A stretch of 64,000 nucleotides of DNA, taken from an uncultured Chloroflexia bacterium (lineage in GTDB: Bacteria; Chloroflexota; Limnocylindria; Limnocylindrales; CSP1-4). Of this stretch, positions 38,017 through 48,543 are shown piece after piece (position 1 is the stretch's first letter; every line of letters starts with the position of its first letter). A program made the translations under genes and the position numbers. The DNA is taken from positions 608,001 to 672,000 of the forward strand of contig CAWEZH010000003.1 in assembly GCA_963813535.1 (NCBI GenBank). Reading direction: 5' to 3'. The notes under the pieces are model-generated. The model was given only the letters and a program-made list of their open reading frames with translations. It was not told the DNA's origin and searched no databases.

Positions 38017-39279
38017 ATGCGATCGCCGGCTCCACTCGCGTCCAGCGTCAGCGTGGCGCGGCCCCATCCGTCGCGAGCGTGGCTCTCCGTCCAGCCCCGC
38101 CGGCTCCTGGCCAGGATCCGCGAGAGCGAGTACGCGACCGTCGGAGCGAGCCCTCGATTCCGTGCCGTCCAGCGACGTCGGACCGTAGCAGCCAGTCGCG
38201 TCGGGTTCGTCGTCATCGCGGCCGCCGTCTTCTTCGACGCGATCGCGTTGTACGACATCCAACCGGGCATGGGGCCCATCCTTCTCGCGCTGAACGGCAC
38301 GGTCGCCGCCCTCGCACTCCTCGGCGTCTACGCCCTCGGCCACGGGCTTCGCCGACGACCCGAACCGATCACCGCGCTCGTCACGCTGGCCGTCGTGTTC
38401 GCGACGGCGATGACTGCCTTCCTCGTGCCTGAGCTCGCGGTCCAGACCATCGGCTACCTGCTGCTCATCCCGGGCCTCGTCGCGTTGATCGTCCCCTGGA
38501 GCACGCGCGCACATGTGTGGTGGCTGGCGGGGTACGCCGTGATCGCCTATGGCTATCTCATGTTCGGGCCGAGCCCGGTCCTCAGCGTCGTGGACCGCAG
38601 CGACCTGATCGTCGTGGGCGTCATCGCGGTCGCCACGAGCCTGGCCGGTCACGTCCTGCTGCAGCGCGCCCAGATCAAGAATCACACCCAGTTGCAGAAG
38701 ATCCAGTCGCTCCATCGCCGAGCCGACGCGGATATGGCCGAGCTCGCGCGCGTCCACCACGCCCTCGAGGAAACGGCGCGGGTGGATCCGTTGACCGGTG
38801 CCGGCAACCGCCTTCGATTGCGCGAGGACCTCCGCTCTACCCGGGCCCGCATGAACCGACTCCATCACAGCTACGGACTCGTCGTGCTCGATCTCGATCA
38901 CTTCAAGCGCGTCAACGACGAGCTCGGCCATCTCGCCGGCGACGCGGCCCTCAAGGGCGTCGTCGCCGCGATCAAGGACACCATTCGCGCCGAGGACGCG
39001 ATCTATCGCTTCGGCGGCGAGGAGTTCCTCGTCGTCCTGCGCCTCGACACGTTCGAGAACCTGACGACAGCTGCCGAGCGCCTGCGGGCGGCTGTCGCCG
39101 ATGCCCGGATCGCGCATCCCTCGAACGAGCCGCTGGACGTCGTGACGATCAGCCTTGGCTGCGTGCTCCTGACCCCGGGCGACCTCAGTCAGTCCGACGA
39201 CGAGTGGTTCGCCAGGGCCGATGCCGCGCTCTACCGGGCCAAGGCCAACGGTCGCAATCGGGCCGAGGTCACCGCCTGA
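38017..39279 (+). CDS. Membrane diguanylate cyclase (GGEEF, intact RxxD I-site)
   Basis: About 5-6 TM, 'DLDHFKRVND', 'RAEDAIYRFGGEEF'; start uncertain. Confidence 0.9.
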   Translation: MRSPAPLASSVSVARPHPSRAWLSVQPRRLLARIRESEYATVGASPRFRAVQRRRTVAASRVGFVVIAAAVFFDAIALYDIQPGMGPILLALNGTVAALALLGVYALGHGLRRRPEPITALVTLAVVFATAMTAFLVPELAVQTIGYLLLIPGLVALIVPWSTRAHVWWLAGYAVIAYGYLMFGPSPVLSVVDRSDLIVVGVIAVATSLAGHVLLQRAQIKNHTQLQKIQSLHRRADADMAELARVHHALEETARVDPLTGAGNRLRLREDLRSTRARMNRLHHSYGLVVLDLDHFKRVNDELGHLAGDAALKGVVAAIKDTIRAEDAIYRFGGEEFLVVLRLDTFENLTTAAERLRAAVADARIAHPSNEPLDVVTISLGCVLLTPGDLSQSDDEWFARADAALYRAKANGRNRAEVTA

Positions 39280-39282
39280 GGA

Positions 39283-39945
39283 TCACTCGGGGAACGTGAC
39301 CGAGTGGAGCAGCTCGAGGAACGTGGCGCGATCGGCCGGGTCGTTGGCGGCGTGGATGGCCGGATCGCGGAAGCCGAACAGGTAGGCGTTCCCATCGTGG
39401 ACGGCGATCGCGTTGTTGATCAGGATCCCGCAGTCCCATCCCAACAGGACGGCAGCCTCGCCCCCGATGTCGATCGGATCGTTGACCTCAGGCACAGCCG
39501 GGCACGTGTCGCTGTGCTCCGCGGCATTGATGGCAATGCTTTCCTTGACCTTGCCGGCCAGGTCCTTGGTCGTCGGTGCCTCGAACAACCAGGCACTCGA
39601 CGCCGCCCGACTGATGAACTGATCCGCCTGCGGCACGTCGTGGAATGGGGCTCCCTTGCCGTCCCATGCCTTGGTCGCCTGGATCGCCGTCCAGCCGGCC
39701 GGTAGCGTCAGCGAGTAGCCGTACGTCTTCGAGGTGAAACTCGTGGTTGCCGCCGACGCACTCGGGGATACGGTCACCGCGGGGCTCGGCGCCGACGGCG
39801 ACGCCGAGGCCACCGTTGACGCGGAGGCTGCCGGTTCGCTCGACGGCGTCGCGGATGCGTCGATCGTAGGCGAGGAGCCACCGGCACAGGCGGCGACGAC
39901 CAGCGCGGCCGCGATGCCGACCGAGGCGCGAACGATGTTCGACAT
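39283..39945 (-). CDS. Hypothetical lipoprotein with Ser/Pro linker (PsbP-like fold possible)
   Basis: Lipobox 'VAAC', 'YGYSLTLPAGW'; GGAGG RBS. Confidence 0.75.
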   Translation of the reverse strand: MSNIVRASVGIAAALVVAACAGGSSPTIDASATPSSEPAASASTVASASPSAPSPAVTVSPSASAATTSFTSKTYGYSLTLPAGWTAIQATKAWDGKGAPFHDVPQADQFISRAASSAWLFEAPTTKDLAGKVKESIAINAAEHSDTCPAVPEVNDPIDIGGEAAVLLGWDCGILINNAIAVHDGNAYLFGFRDPAIHAANDPADRATFLELLHSVTFPE

Positions 39946-40007
39946 CAGATCCTCCATTCGAACGGCACATGCCGCAATCAACGTCGATGGCTGCATCCCT
40001 GACCTCC

Positions 40008-41333
40008 TCATGGTTCGAGCCGTTGCCAGCTCGGCTTGCAGACGACCCGGCCATCGACGCTCTGCAACGTCACCGGGGGTTGCCGAAGCTCTCGATCGAT
40101 CGAGCGCAAGACGCTGCGAAATGTCGCGGAGTCCGACGAACTGACCTCGACCCAGAGCAATGCGGCCCCGTCCGGAGACCAGACGAACCACTCGGACTCG
40201 GGTCCGAGGACGGGCTCACCAGAGGGCATCGATCCCTCCATGTGCACGGTGGTCAGGCGGTGCACCGCTCCGTCGGCAGACGATTCGTACGCCAGGATCT
40301 CGCCGTCCGGCGACCACTCGGGTTGGCTCTCGGTATCTGGCGTGTGGGTGATCTCCCGATCGCCGGTCCCGTCGGCGCCGATCACGAAGATGTCGCGCGG
40401 TGGGTAGGCGGATGGGGCTGGGTCGATGCCCGGCGAGGAAGCTGGCTGACCATCGGGCAGACCGACGTAGGCGATCGTCTGGCCATCCGGTGACCACGAC
40501 ATCCCGTCGTCGAGGAGGGCTGGCCGGGTCGTCAGGCGGCGCAGATCGGCTCCGTCCGCGTCGATCACGTCGATGGCCGAACGCACGTGCACGCCGGTGC
40601 TGGGGTCCGTGACGAATGCCGCGAAGGCGAGGCGACGGCCATCCGGTGACCACACCGGGGAGGCGTAGTTCGATGACGCGTCCCCTGACAGGATGCGGTC
40701 GGGCGCACCGCCGTCCAGTGGCGCGACCCAGAGCTCGACGCTGTCGGCGAGCTCTTTGAACCATGCGACACGGGTCCCATCGGGCGACAGGGCATATGCC
40801 ACCGATGTGGGCGGCTCATCGACGAGGAGGATCGTCCTGGCCGGTGTCCCATCGGCGCGCTCGACAACGAGGGACGCCGCCCCCTCGTACGAGACGGCCG
40901 CGAGCACGCTTCCGTCCGCCGAGTAGGTCGGACAGCGACCGGATTCGATGCCGTGATCGCCCGATCCGTCCGGGTTGATCAGATGCGTCCCGGCGGCCTG
41001 GTGGTTGTTGCCCTGGACCGTGAAGACGATGACGCCATTGCGTGCCAGGGGCAGGAGCGGCTCGGTCTGGAACGCGCCGACGGCGAGGGCGGCGAGGACG
41101 ACGATCAGCAGGAGGCTCAACAGGAGCAGGACGTACGCGGCGCGCACCGCCGGTCGGCCCATCCCCATGCGCTCCGCCCAACGTCGAAGCCGGTCGCTCA
41201 GCGCGCCACTGCCGGTTCGGTCGTCTGCGATCGCTCCACGCGCGATGGCTGTGTCGTCCATCGCCGGCGCGAGGTCGGCATAGCGTGCCAGCGCGTCGGC
41301 AAATCGGGTCTCGAAGGTCGGGTCGTCACGCAT
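40008..41333 (-). CDS. Putative anti-sigma factor with extracellular TolB/PD40 beta-propeller
   Basis: Short cytoplasmic N-terminus, TM, repeated 'WSPDG'; overlaps the ECF sigma gene. Confidence 0.75.
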   Translation of the reverse strand: MRDDPTFETRFADALARYADLAPAMDDTAIARGAIADDRTGSGALSDRLRRWAERMGMGRPAVRAAYVLLLLSLLLIVVLAALAVGAFQTEPLLPLARNGVIVFTVQGNNHQAAGTHLINPDGSGDHGIESGRCPTYSADGSVLAAVSYEGAASLVVERADGTPARTILLVDEPPTSVAYALSPDGTRVAWFKELADSVELWVAPLDGGAPDRILSGDASSNYASPVWSPDGRRLAFAAFVTDPSTGVHVRSAIDVIDADGADLRRLTTRPALLDDGMSWSPDGQTIAYVGLPDGQPASSPGIDPAPSAYPPRDIFVIGADGTGDREITHTPDTESQPEWSPDGEILAYESSADGAVHRLTTVHMEGSMPSGEPVLGPESEWFVWSPDGAALLWVEVSSSDSATFRSVLRSIDRELRQPPVTLQSVDGRVVCKPSWQRLEP

Positions 41334-41871
41334 GGTCGATATCCGTTCGGAGTCTTTCCATGAGCCGCGCCAGGCGAGTCCGGACCCCTGACGCCGACAG
41401 ACCGACGTGGCGAGCGATCTGCGTCGAATCGAGATCTGCCACGAACCGCAATGCCAGGAGCCGTCGGTCGTCCGGGCTCAGTCGTGCCAGCGCGCGCTGG
41501 AGATCGACAAGGCCGATGACATCGGCTGGGTCGCCGCCGGCAGCCACGTCAAGCACGTTGGAGATGTCGATGACCGGGCGACGTCGTTGCCCGCGCATGG
41601 ACTGGCGAGCTTCGTTGGCAGCGATGGCGATGAGCCAGGGCCGCACCTGATCCGGGTCACGCAATGTCGGCAGACGACGCCACGCGATCGACCAGGCTGC
41701 CTGGACGGCGTCGCGCGTCGCCTCGGGATCGCCGCAGATGACGAACGCGACTCGCGCCATGGCCTCGCGGTGCTGTGACACGAGGCGCGTGAAGGCTCCC
41801 TCGTCACCTTCCGCCGCGAGGCGGACCGTCGTCGCCACGACCGATGCGTCCTGCACGGCGATCCCCGTCAT
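41326..41871 (-). CDS. ECF RNA polymerase sigma factor
   Basis: Region 2 'DAVQAAWSIAW..WLIAIAAN', region 4 'IARHVGLSASGVRTRLAR'. Confidence 0.9.
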   Translation of the reverse strand: MTGIAVQDASVVATTVRLAAEGDEGAFTRLVSQHREAMARVAFVICGDPEATRDAVQAAWSIAWRRLPTLRDPDQVRPWLIAIAANEARQSMRGQRRRPVIDISNVLDVAAGGDPADVIGLVDLQRALARLSPDDRRLLALRFVADLDSTQIARHVGLSASGVRTRLARLMERLRTDIDHA

Positions 41872-42048
41872 ATGAGGTAGATGCCGTCGAGGTGGCAAGT
41901 GTCCCACCATCTGCCGTCGTCGCTGTCAGCCGATCACGATGCGGCAGGCCGCCTGGCGCTCCCCGGACGGCGTGGTCAGCGCCGCATTCCAGTACCAATC
42001 GGTCATGGCGTGAAGGAGCGTGTCCTTCGTACGGTGCGGTCTAGCACC

Positions 42049-44610
42049 ATGCCATCGCGCCTCGATCCCCAAGCCGTCTTCGGCGTGCTCGCCCGCGTCC
42101 CACGGCGAGCCGGTTTCCGCGCGCTCGTCGTCATACCGGCGGTCGCCGTCATCGTGGCCATGGCCATCGTCGTCTCGAACCGCGTCGCCGACGAGCTCCG
42201 CGAGAGCGCAAAGGAGTCGGCGATCCAGAACATCGAGGCGATCGTGCGTGGCTATGTCGATCCAGACCTCGACGAGACGAGCCTCGACCTCGATGCCCCG
42301 CGCGACGTCGATGTCGATCCCCAACTCGAGCGGCTGATCCTGTCCGGCGAGATCCGCCGCGTCAACGTCTGGTCGCGCGACGGGCGCATCGTCTACTCGA
42401 GCTCGCCGGAACTCCGCGGCCAGCGCTTTTCGATCGGTCCACTGCTCTCGAGCGCGTACGCGGGCGATGGGGTGGCCCGCTACATCGATGCCGACACCGC
42501 GAACGCATCGGGTGACACCCGGCCCGGTGCCGAGTCGCTCGCAAGCGGTCGCTATCTCGAGCTGTTCGTCCCGATCCGAGGGATGGTCGACGGCAATCCC
42601 ATCGGCGTCTACGACGTCTACCAGGATGCCGGCCGCATCGAGGAACGCATCGCGGCGACCCGCCTGGGTGTGTTCATGGTCGCCCTCATCGCCGCGAGCA
42701 TGCTGACCGCGCTCATCATGTTGTCGTTCGGCGGCGCCTCGAGGGTCCTGACCCGTCAGAATCGCCAGCTGCAGGACCAGGCCGCGACCGAACGACTGCT
42801 GCTCGTCGACCTGCAGCGGAGCGAGGAGCGCTTCCGCTCGCTGGTCCGGAACGCCTCGGATGGCGTGATCGTCCTCGGCGCCGACGGTCTCGTCAGGTAT
42901 GAGAGCCCGGCTGTCGAACGGATCCTGGGGCGAACCGACGCCGAGAGGATCGGGCGCACGGCGACGACCGACGTCCACGCCGACGATCGCGCCGCCGTCC
43001 AGCGGCGTCTCGCCGAGGTCGCCAGTGCGAGCGGCTCAGAGGCGACCTTCGAGTTCCGGGCGCGTCACGCCGACGAATCCTGGCGAACGCTCGAGGCGAT
43101 CGCCAAGAACCTGCTCGATGACCCGGCGGTCGGGGGGGTCGTCGTGAACTACCGCGACATCACCGAGCGCAAGGCCCTCGAGGAGCAGCTCCGCCATCAG
43201 GCCTTCCACGACGTGCTCACCGGGCTGGCCAACCGCTCGCTCTTCCGCGATCGTCTCGGTCACGCCCTCGCGCGGGCAGCCCGTGGGGCGAGCCCCACGG
43301 CGGTCCTGTATCTCGACATCGACGATTTCAAGTCGGTCAACGATCGGTTCGGGCACACCGAGGGCGACCGACTCCTCATCGCCGTCGGCCAGCGCCTGCA
43401 GTCGGCGACCCGCGCCGGCGACACGGTGGCGCGGCTGGGTGGCGACGAGTTCGCGGTGATCGTGGAGGAAACGGATCCCGTCGAAGCGCGACATGCGGCA
43501 GATCGGATCCTCGAGATCCTGGCCGAGCCCTTCGACCTCGGCGGGCGGGAGACGACGGTCCGGGCGAGCATCGGCATCGCCAGCCAGGCGGTCGACGGCG
43601 CCGACGCCGACGAGCTGCTGCGGCGCGCCGACATCGCGATGTACGCGGCGAAGTCCCGGGGTGGCGATGGTCATGCCACATACGAGGCTCGTCTCTACGA
43701 GGCGACGGTCGCCCGCATGGAGATCAAGGCGGACCTGCAGGGCGCGCTCGAACGGGGCGAGCTCGGCGTGGCCTATCAGCCGATCGTCGACATCGGGACA
43801 GGCGCCGTCACGGGGACCGAGGCGTTGATGCGCTGGCAGCACCCGGACCGCGGTCTGATCCCGCCGTCCGACTTCATCCCGCTGGCCGAGGAGAACGGGC
43901 TGATCCTCGAGCTTGGCCGATGGATCCTCGAGAAGGCATGCCATCAAACGAAGGGTTGGCAGCTCGAGGCCGGCCGCCCGGAACTCACGGTCAGCGTCAA
44001 CCTCTCCGGCCGCCAGATCGCCGATGGCGACCTCGTCGGCGATGTCGCCCGGGCGCTCGCGGCGTCGGGTCTCGACCCGTCCTGCCTGACCCTCGAGATC
44101 ACCGAGAGTGTCCTGGTCCGGGACATCGAGGCGACCGTCGCGGCGTTCCGCGCGCTCAAGAGCCTGGGCATCAGGCTGGCCATCGATGACTTCGGCACCG
44201 GCTACTCGTCACTGAGCTATCTGCGCCAGTTCCCCATCGACATCCTCAAGATCGATCAGTCCTTCGTGGCCAGTCTCGACGAGGGCGCCGACTCGAGCGC
44301 CCTCGTGCGCTCGATCCTCAATCTGAGCACGACGCTCCACCTCGAAACGGTCGCCGAGGGGATCGAGACGGCCGAGCAGCGGTCGGCGCTCGAGTCATTG
44401 GGCGCGAACCATGGTCAGGGCTACCTATTCGCTCGACCGATGAGCTCGGCCGATCTCGGCAGCCTGCTCGCCGTCGGTGGGAGGGGCGTCGCCGAGACCG
44501 GGCCCTCCGCCGGGGCAGCCCCGCCGACCACTCCGCCATCACGCAGGCGCGCCGCAGGTCTGCGTGCGAGCCACCGCCGACCCACCACGCAACGTGAGGT
44601 TCGACCATGA
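42049..44610 (+). CDS. Membrane sensor-PAS-GGDEF-EAL protein
   Basis: 2 TM flanking a sensor domain, PAS, 'RLGGDEF', 'TEALMRW', 'DDFGTGYSSL'. Confidence 0.93.
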   Translation: MPSRLDPQAVFGVLARVPRRAGFRALVVIPAVAVIVAMAIVVSNRVADELRESAKESAIQNIEAIVRGYVDPDLDETSLDLDAPRDVDVDPQLERLILSGEIRRVNVWSRDGRIVYSSSPELRGQRFSIGPLLSSAYAGDGVARYIDADTANASGDTRPGAESLASGRYLELFVPIRGMVDGNPIGVYDVYQDAGRIEERIAATRLGVFMVALIAASMLTALIMLSFGGASRVLTRQNRQLQDQAATERLLLVDLQRSEERFRSLVRNASDGVIVLGADGLVRYESPAVERILGRTDAERIGRTATTDVHADDRAAVQRRLAEVASASGSEATFEFRARHADESWRTLEAIAKNLLDDPAVGGVVVNYRDITERKALEEQLRHQAFHDVLTGLANRSLFRDRLGHALARAARGASPTAVLYLDIDDFKSVNDRFGHTEGDRLLIAVGQRLQSATRAGDTVARLGGDEFAVIVEETDPVEARHAADRILEILAEPFDLGGRETTVRASIGIASQAVDGADADELLRRADIAMYAAKSRGGDGHATYEARLYEATVARMEIKADLQGALERGELGVAYQPIVDIGTGAVTGTEALMRWQHPDRGLIPPSDFIPLAEENGLILELGRWILEKACHQTKGWQLEAGRPELTVSVNLSGRQIADGDLVGDVARALAASGLDPSCLTLEITESVLVRDIEATVAAFRALKSLGIRLAIDDFGTGYSSLSYLRQFPIDILKIDQSFVASLDEGADSSALVRSILNLSTTLHLETVAEGIETAEQRSALESLGANHGQGYLFARPMSSADLGSLLAVGGRGVAETGPSAGAAPPTTPPSRRRAAGLRASHRRPTTQREVRP

Positions 44611-45056
44611 CGCCCACCACGCAAGCACCCGCGCGCACGGCCCCACCGCCACGCATGCTGCTTCTCGGCCTCGTCGTCGCGGCGATCGCCGGGGCAGCCC
44701 TGCTCGTCGCGTTGCGGCCGTCGGCCGCCGTCGCGCCCCGGACGATCGCTCTCGAGACCCTCAACGCCTCCGGCGTCACCGGTGCCGTCACGTTCACCGA
44801 CCTCGGCGGCCGCACGCGTGTGGACGTCACGGTCGAGCCCGCCGGCAACCGGGATATGCCGGCCCATATCCATCCGGGAACCTGCGCCGATCTCACGCCG
44901 CAACCCAAGTTCCCGCTCGAGAACGTCCGCGACGGTCGCTCGACCACGGATGTCCCGGCCCCGCTCGGTGAGCTCTTCGGAGGCAACCTCGCCGTCAACA
45001 TCCACAAGTCCAACGACGACCTCAAGACCTACACGGCGTGCGTGGACATCCGTTAG
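44607..45056 (+). CDS. Secreted CHRD/CuZn-SOD-like small protein
   Basis: TM/signal, 'PAHIHPGTC', 'AVNIHKS..YTAC'; ATGA overlap with the upstream gene. Confidence 0.7.
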   Translation: MTPTTQAPARTAPPPRMLLLGLVVAAIAGAALLVALRPSAAVAPRTIALETLNASGVTGAVTFTDLGGRTRVDVTVEPAGNRDMPAHIHPGTCADLTPQPKFPLENVRDGRSTTDVPAPLGELFGGNLAVNIHKSNDDLKTYTACVDIR

Positions 45057-45448
45057 ACCGTCGCTTGTGTCGCGCTCTCGGATCGACCCTCATCGCGGTC
45101 ATCACGGCGGGCTGTGCCGACGCGGGCGAGGCGAGTCCGAACCCATCCTCGGCCGTCGAAGTCACCATCGCGACGGCGGCCGGCGATAGGCTCGCGTTCG
45201 AACCTGCCGAGGTCAGCGTGCCCTCGGCAGGCACGCTGACCATCACCTTCCACAATGGTTCGGCGCTGGCCCACAACCTCGTGTTCACGTCCGGCATCAG
45301 CGTGTCCACGGGCTCGATCGTCGAGCCCGGCTCCATCGAACGGCTATCGGTGGCGCCGCTCAAACCCGGTCGCTACCGGTTCGTGTGCACGATCCACGAG
45401 GGGATGGCAGGCTCGCTCGTCGTCGAGGGAGCGACCGCCCTCCGCTAG
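45038..45448 (+). CDS. Cupredoxin (type-1 copper) lipoprotein; start uncertain
   Basis: 'HNLVF' and 'YRFVCTIHEGMAG' give His/Cys/His/Met ligands. Confidence 0.82.
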   Translation: MRGHPLDRRLCRALGSTLIAVITAGCADAGEASPNPSSAVEVTIATAAGDRLAFEPAEVSVPSAGTLTITFHNGSALAHNLVFTSGISVSTGSIVEPGSIERLSVAPLKPGRYRFVCTIHEGMAGSLVVEGATALR

Positions 45449-45461
45449 CGTCGACCCGACG

Positions 45462-47633
45462 TCAGCGCGCGAGCCGGATATGGCCGTTCGACCCGATGGC
45501 CTCGATGTCCCATCGCTTCCCAAAGGCCGGCAGACCGCCGATGAAGACGCGACCGATCGCTTCGGGTAGGTGCGGGTCCAGCACCAATGCGCCATCGACC
45601 GCGTCCAGGCCGAGCATGGCTCGGACGAGCGCGACCGGTGTGCCGGTCGCCCACGCCTGCGGGCTGCAGGCCGTCGGGTAGGGGATCGGGAACCGGCCGA
45701 CCGATCGCTCGTACCCCGAGAAGGCCTCCGGCAGCCGGTACCCGGAGAACGCCGCAGCCTCCAGCAGTGGCATCGCGATCCGGTTCACCTCGTCCCGGAA
45801 CCCGTAACGCGCGAGCCCCATGGCGATGATCGAGTTGTCGTGTGGCCATACCGTCCCGAGGTGGTAGCCGATCGGGTTGAACCCGCGGTCGTCGGTGGAG
45901 AGCGTGCGGACACCCCAGCCCGAATGGAGCGCATCGGACATCAGGTGGGCCGCGATGACCCCGGCTCGCTCCTGCGGCACGATGCCGGTCCAGAGCAACT
46001 GGCCGATGTTCGAGGTCATCGAATCGATCCGACGCTTGTCACCGTCGAGCCCGATCGCGTAGTAGCCGCCCCGCTCGTCGATCCAGAAGTCGCGGTCGAA
46101 CCGCTCCTGGAGTGCCTGGGCCTCGGCCCGCAACCGCGTCGCGAGCGCGGGATCGGCAAGTGGACCGTCGGCGAGTTCGGCCAGTCGCTGCTTCGCGTCG
46201 TACACATAGCCCTGGATCTCGCAGGTCGCGATCGGCAGGGGCGGGATCGTCGCGTCGGCGAACTGGATCCCGTCCCACGAGTCTCGCCAGCACTGGTTGC
46301 CGAGGCCCTGCGACGAGCGCGTCGCGTATTCCACATACCCGTCGCCGTCGAGATCGCCGTATTCGTCGATCCAGCGCAGCGCGGCGAGGGCGTTGTCCCG
46401 CAGGGACACGACGAACTCGTCGTCCCTCGTCCAGCGCCAGTACTCGGAGAGCAGCGTCAGCCACAGGATCGTGGCATCCGCGGTGCCGTAGTAGGGGCTA
46501 TGCGGCTTGAGCTCCAGCCGGGTGAGCTCGCCGGCGCGCAGCTCGTGCGGGATCTTGCCCGGCTCCTCATCGCGGAAGTCGTCCATCTTCGTGCCCTGGA
46601 GCGTCCCAAGGGCGATCAACGCGCCGCGCGCGATCCGGGGCCCGAAAGCCACCAACTGGTACGACGTCAGGAGTGTGTCACGGCCGAAGAGTGTCAGGAA
46701 CCACGGCAGCCCGGCGGCCGGGAGCACGATGTTCTCGTGCGGGGTCTTCACCTCGATGCGGAGGGCCAGGATGTCGCGAGCGCTCTTGGCGATGACGTCC
46801 GTCAGGAGCTGCGAGTCCGACTCGAACCGCGGGATCTGCTCAAGCCACCGGCTGACCGGATCGGCACCCTCGGGGGCGAACGCCTCCCCGAAGTCGCGGT
46901 GCAACGGCTGGATCTCGTTGGGTCCGAGCCGCAGTGGTACGCGCACGTCGCACGTCCACTCGCCTCGAGGTGGCAATGCGAGATCCCAGACGAAGTCGTC
47001 ACCATCGAGCCGGTCGGGTGGCGTCGAGACCTCCACGACGGTCTCGGCATCGAACCCCTCGTTCGCATAGCGGAAGGCGAGCCTGGCGCCGTCCGGAGCG
47101 TGATCGCGGACGATCTGCGCCGATCGGTCGCGCACGACGTCCTTGACCTCGAAGAGGTCGGCGAAGTCGGTGCCGACGGCGAGTCGCAGCTCGACGTTGA
47201 CCGGCTTTTCCACGTAGTTGCTGACCTCGATGCGCTCGTGGAGGCCGTCGCCCACGAACCGGAGTCGGCGGATGCCGAGCGTATTCGGTGCGAGACCCGC
47301 CATCTGCGGGTTGGTCAGGAAGAACGCCGCCGAGTAGTGGTCGACCGTGCCTGATCGAAGGGCGAGCAGCCGTTCCCCATCGACCGTCAGGAGCCACTGG
47401 TCCAGGAACCGCGTGTCGGCGTGGATCAGGCCCCCGATCGAGCCTTTGGTGACGTCACCGACGGCGTCCGAGTACAGGAACGTCCGTCCCTCGAGGATCG
47501 CGATGGCATTCGGGCCAAGCTCAGGCGGCAGGTTCCGGCGCTTGGGGCTGGGGATGCTCCGGTCTACGGTCGAGCCGGGCATCGGATCGGCGGGCGTTGC
47601 CCGCTTGACGACGGTTTCAGCGATCTGCGCCAT
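45462..47633 (-). CDS. Amylo-alpha-1,6-glucosidase / glycogen debranching-like enzyme
   Basis: 'AGLPWFLTLFGRD', 'EEPGKIPHE', 'YYGTADAT', 'NQCWRDS', 'YHLGTVWPHDN', 'ACSPQAW'. Confidence 0.92.
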   Translation of the reverse strand: MAQIAETVVKRATPADPMPGSTVDRSIPSPKRRNLPPELGPNAIAILEGRTFLYSDAVGDVTKGSIGGLIHADTRFLDQWLLTVDGERLLALRSGTVDHYSAAFFLTNPQMAGLAPNTLGIRRLRFVGDGLHERIEVSNYVEKPVNVELRLAVGTDFADLFEVKDVVRDRSAQIVRDHAPDGARLAFRYANEGFDAETVVEVSTPPDRLDGDDFVWDLALPPRGEWTCDVRVPLRLGPNEIQPLHRDFGEAFAPEGADPVSRWLEQIPRFESDSQLLTDVIAKSARDILALRIEVKTPHENIVLPAAGLPWFLTLFGRDTLLTSYQLVAFGPRIARGALIALGTLQGTKMDDFRDEEPGKIPHELRAGELTRLELKPHSPYYGTADATILWLTLLSEYWRWTRDDEFVVSLRDNALAALRWIDEYGDLDGDGYVEYATRSSQGLGNQCWRDSWDGIQFADATIPPLPIATCEIQGYVYDAKQRLAELADGPLADPALATRLRAEAQALQERFDRDFWIDERGGYYAIGLDGDKRRIDSMTSNIGQLLWTGIVPQERAGVIAAHLMSDALHSGWGVRTLSTDDRGFNPIGYHLGTVWPHDNSIIAMGLARYGFRDEVNRIAMPLLEAAAFSGYRLPEAFSGYERSVGRFPIPYPTACSPQAWATGTPVALVRAMLGLDAVDGALVLDPHLPEAIGRVFIGGLPAFGKRWDIEAIGSNGHIRLAR

Positions 47634-47841
47634 GGTCGTCAGGTCCCCTGTGACTACGCCGACGTCAGGGCGATGGACGAACCCGTCTAGCCCTCGGCGA
47701 CCACCGCTGACGCATCGGTGAGCGAAGGCTCGCGTACGGGGCCTGGGACCACAAGGACGCGCACACTACCAACGCGTCGCCCGATCGGCTGACTCACACA
47801 CATATCGGAACGCCACAATGGGGCATGACTAGCTGCCCTCG

Positions 47842-48480
47842 ATGCGGGTTCTGATCCTCGGAGCGACTGGCCGGGTGGGCAATCTGGCCCTCGCGGGTGC
47901 CTTGGCCGCCGACCACGAGGTCGTGGCTCTTCTTCGAGGCCCCGGCCGGCTGGATGCTCGACCGGGCCTGACGGTCCTGGGCGGGGACATCACCGATGCT
48001 TCGGCCGTCGGCGGGGTGATGCGGGGTGTCGACGCGGTTATCGCGGCAGTCGGCCCGCGGGGAAACACCATCGAGGACGAGCGGGCGCTCGAGACCGGGA
48101 TGCGCAACGTCGTGACCGCGATGGGCGATGCGGGTGTTCGGCGCCTGGTCGCACTCTCAGGGGCGGGTATCGACGTTCCCGGCGACCGCAAGCCATGGCT
48201 CGATCGAGTCGCATCTCGGGTGGTTGGCCGCGTGGCGCGACACGTGGTCGGCGCGAAGCAACGTGAGTACGAGGTCTTTTCTGCAGCCGACTGCGACTGG
48301 ACGGCGTTGCGTCCACCCCTCGTCACCGACGGCCCGACACGGGGGTATCGGCTCGATCTCCGTCTGAAGCCTGGCGCGCGAGTGCGTCGAGCCGACGTTG
48401 CCTTGGCATTGGTCGACCAGTTAACGGACAGTCGCTTCCATCGGGCGGCGCCGTTCGTCCTGCCGCCGACCGAGCCATGA
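47842..48480 (+). CDS. NAD(P)H-binding protein (BLVRB/flavin reductase-like)
   Basis: 'ILGATGRVG', 'DWTALRPP', 'RADVA'. Confidence 0.88.
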   Translation: MRVLILGATGRVGNLALAGALAADHEVVALLRGPGRLDARPGLTVLGGDITDASAVGGVMRGVDAVIAAVGPRGNTIEDERALETGMRNVVTAMGDAGVRRLVALSGAGIDVPGDRKPWLDRVASRVVGRVARHVVGAKQREYEVFSAADCDWTALRPPLVTDGPTRGYRLDLRLKPGARVRRADVALALVDQLTDSRFHRAAPFVLPPTEP

Positions 48481-48543
48481 TCGTCCTCGACCGGCCATGC
48501 GCCCCGGTCGGACCGTGGCCGCCTGCTTCCGGCGCACACGGCC

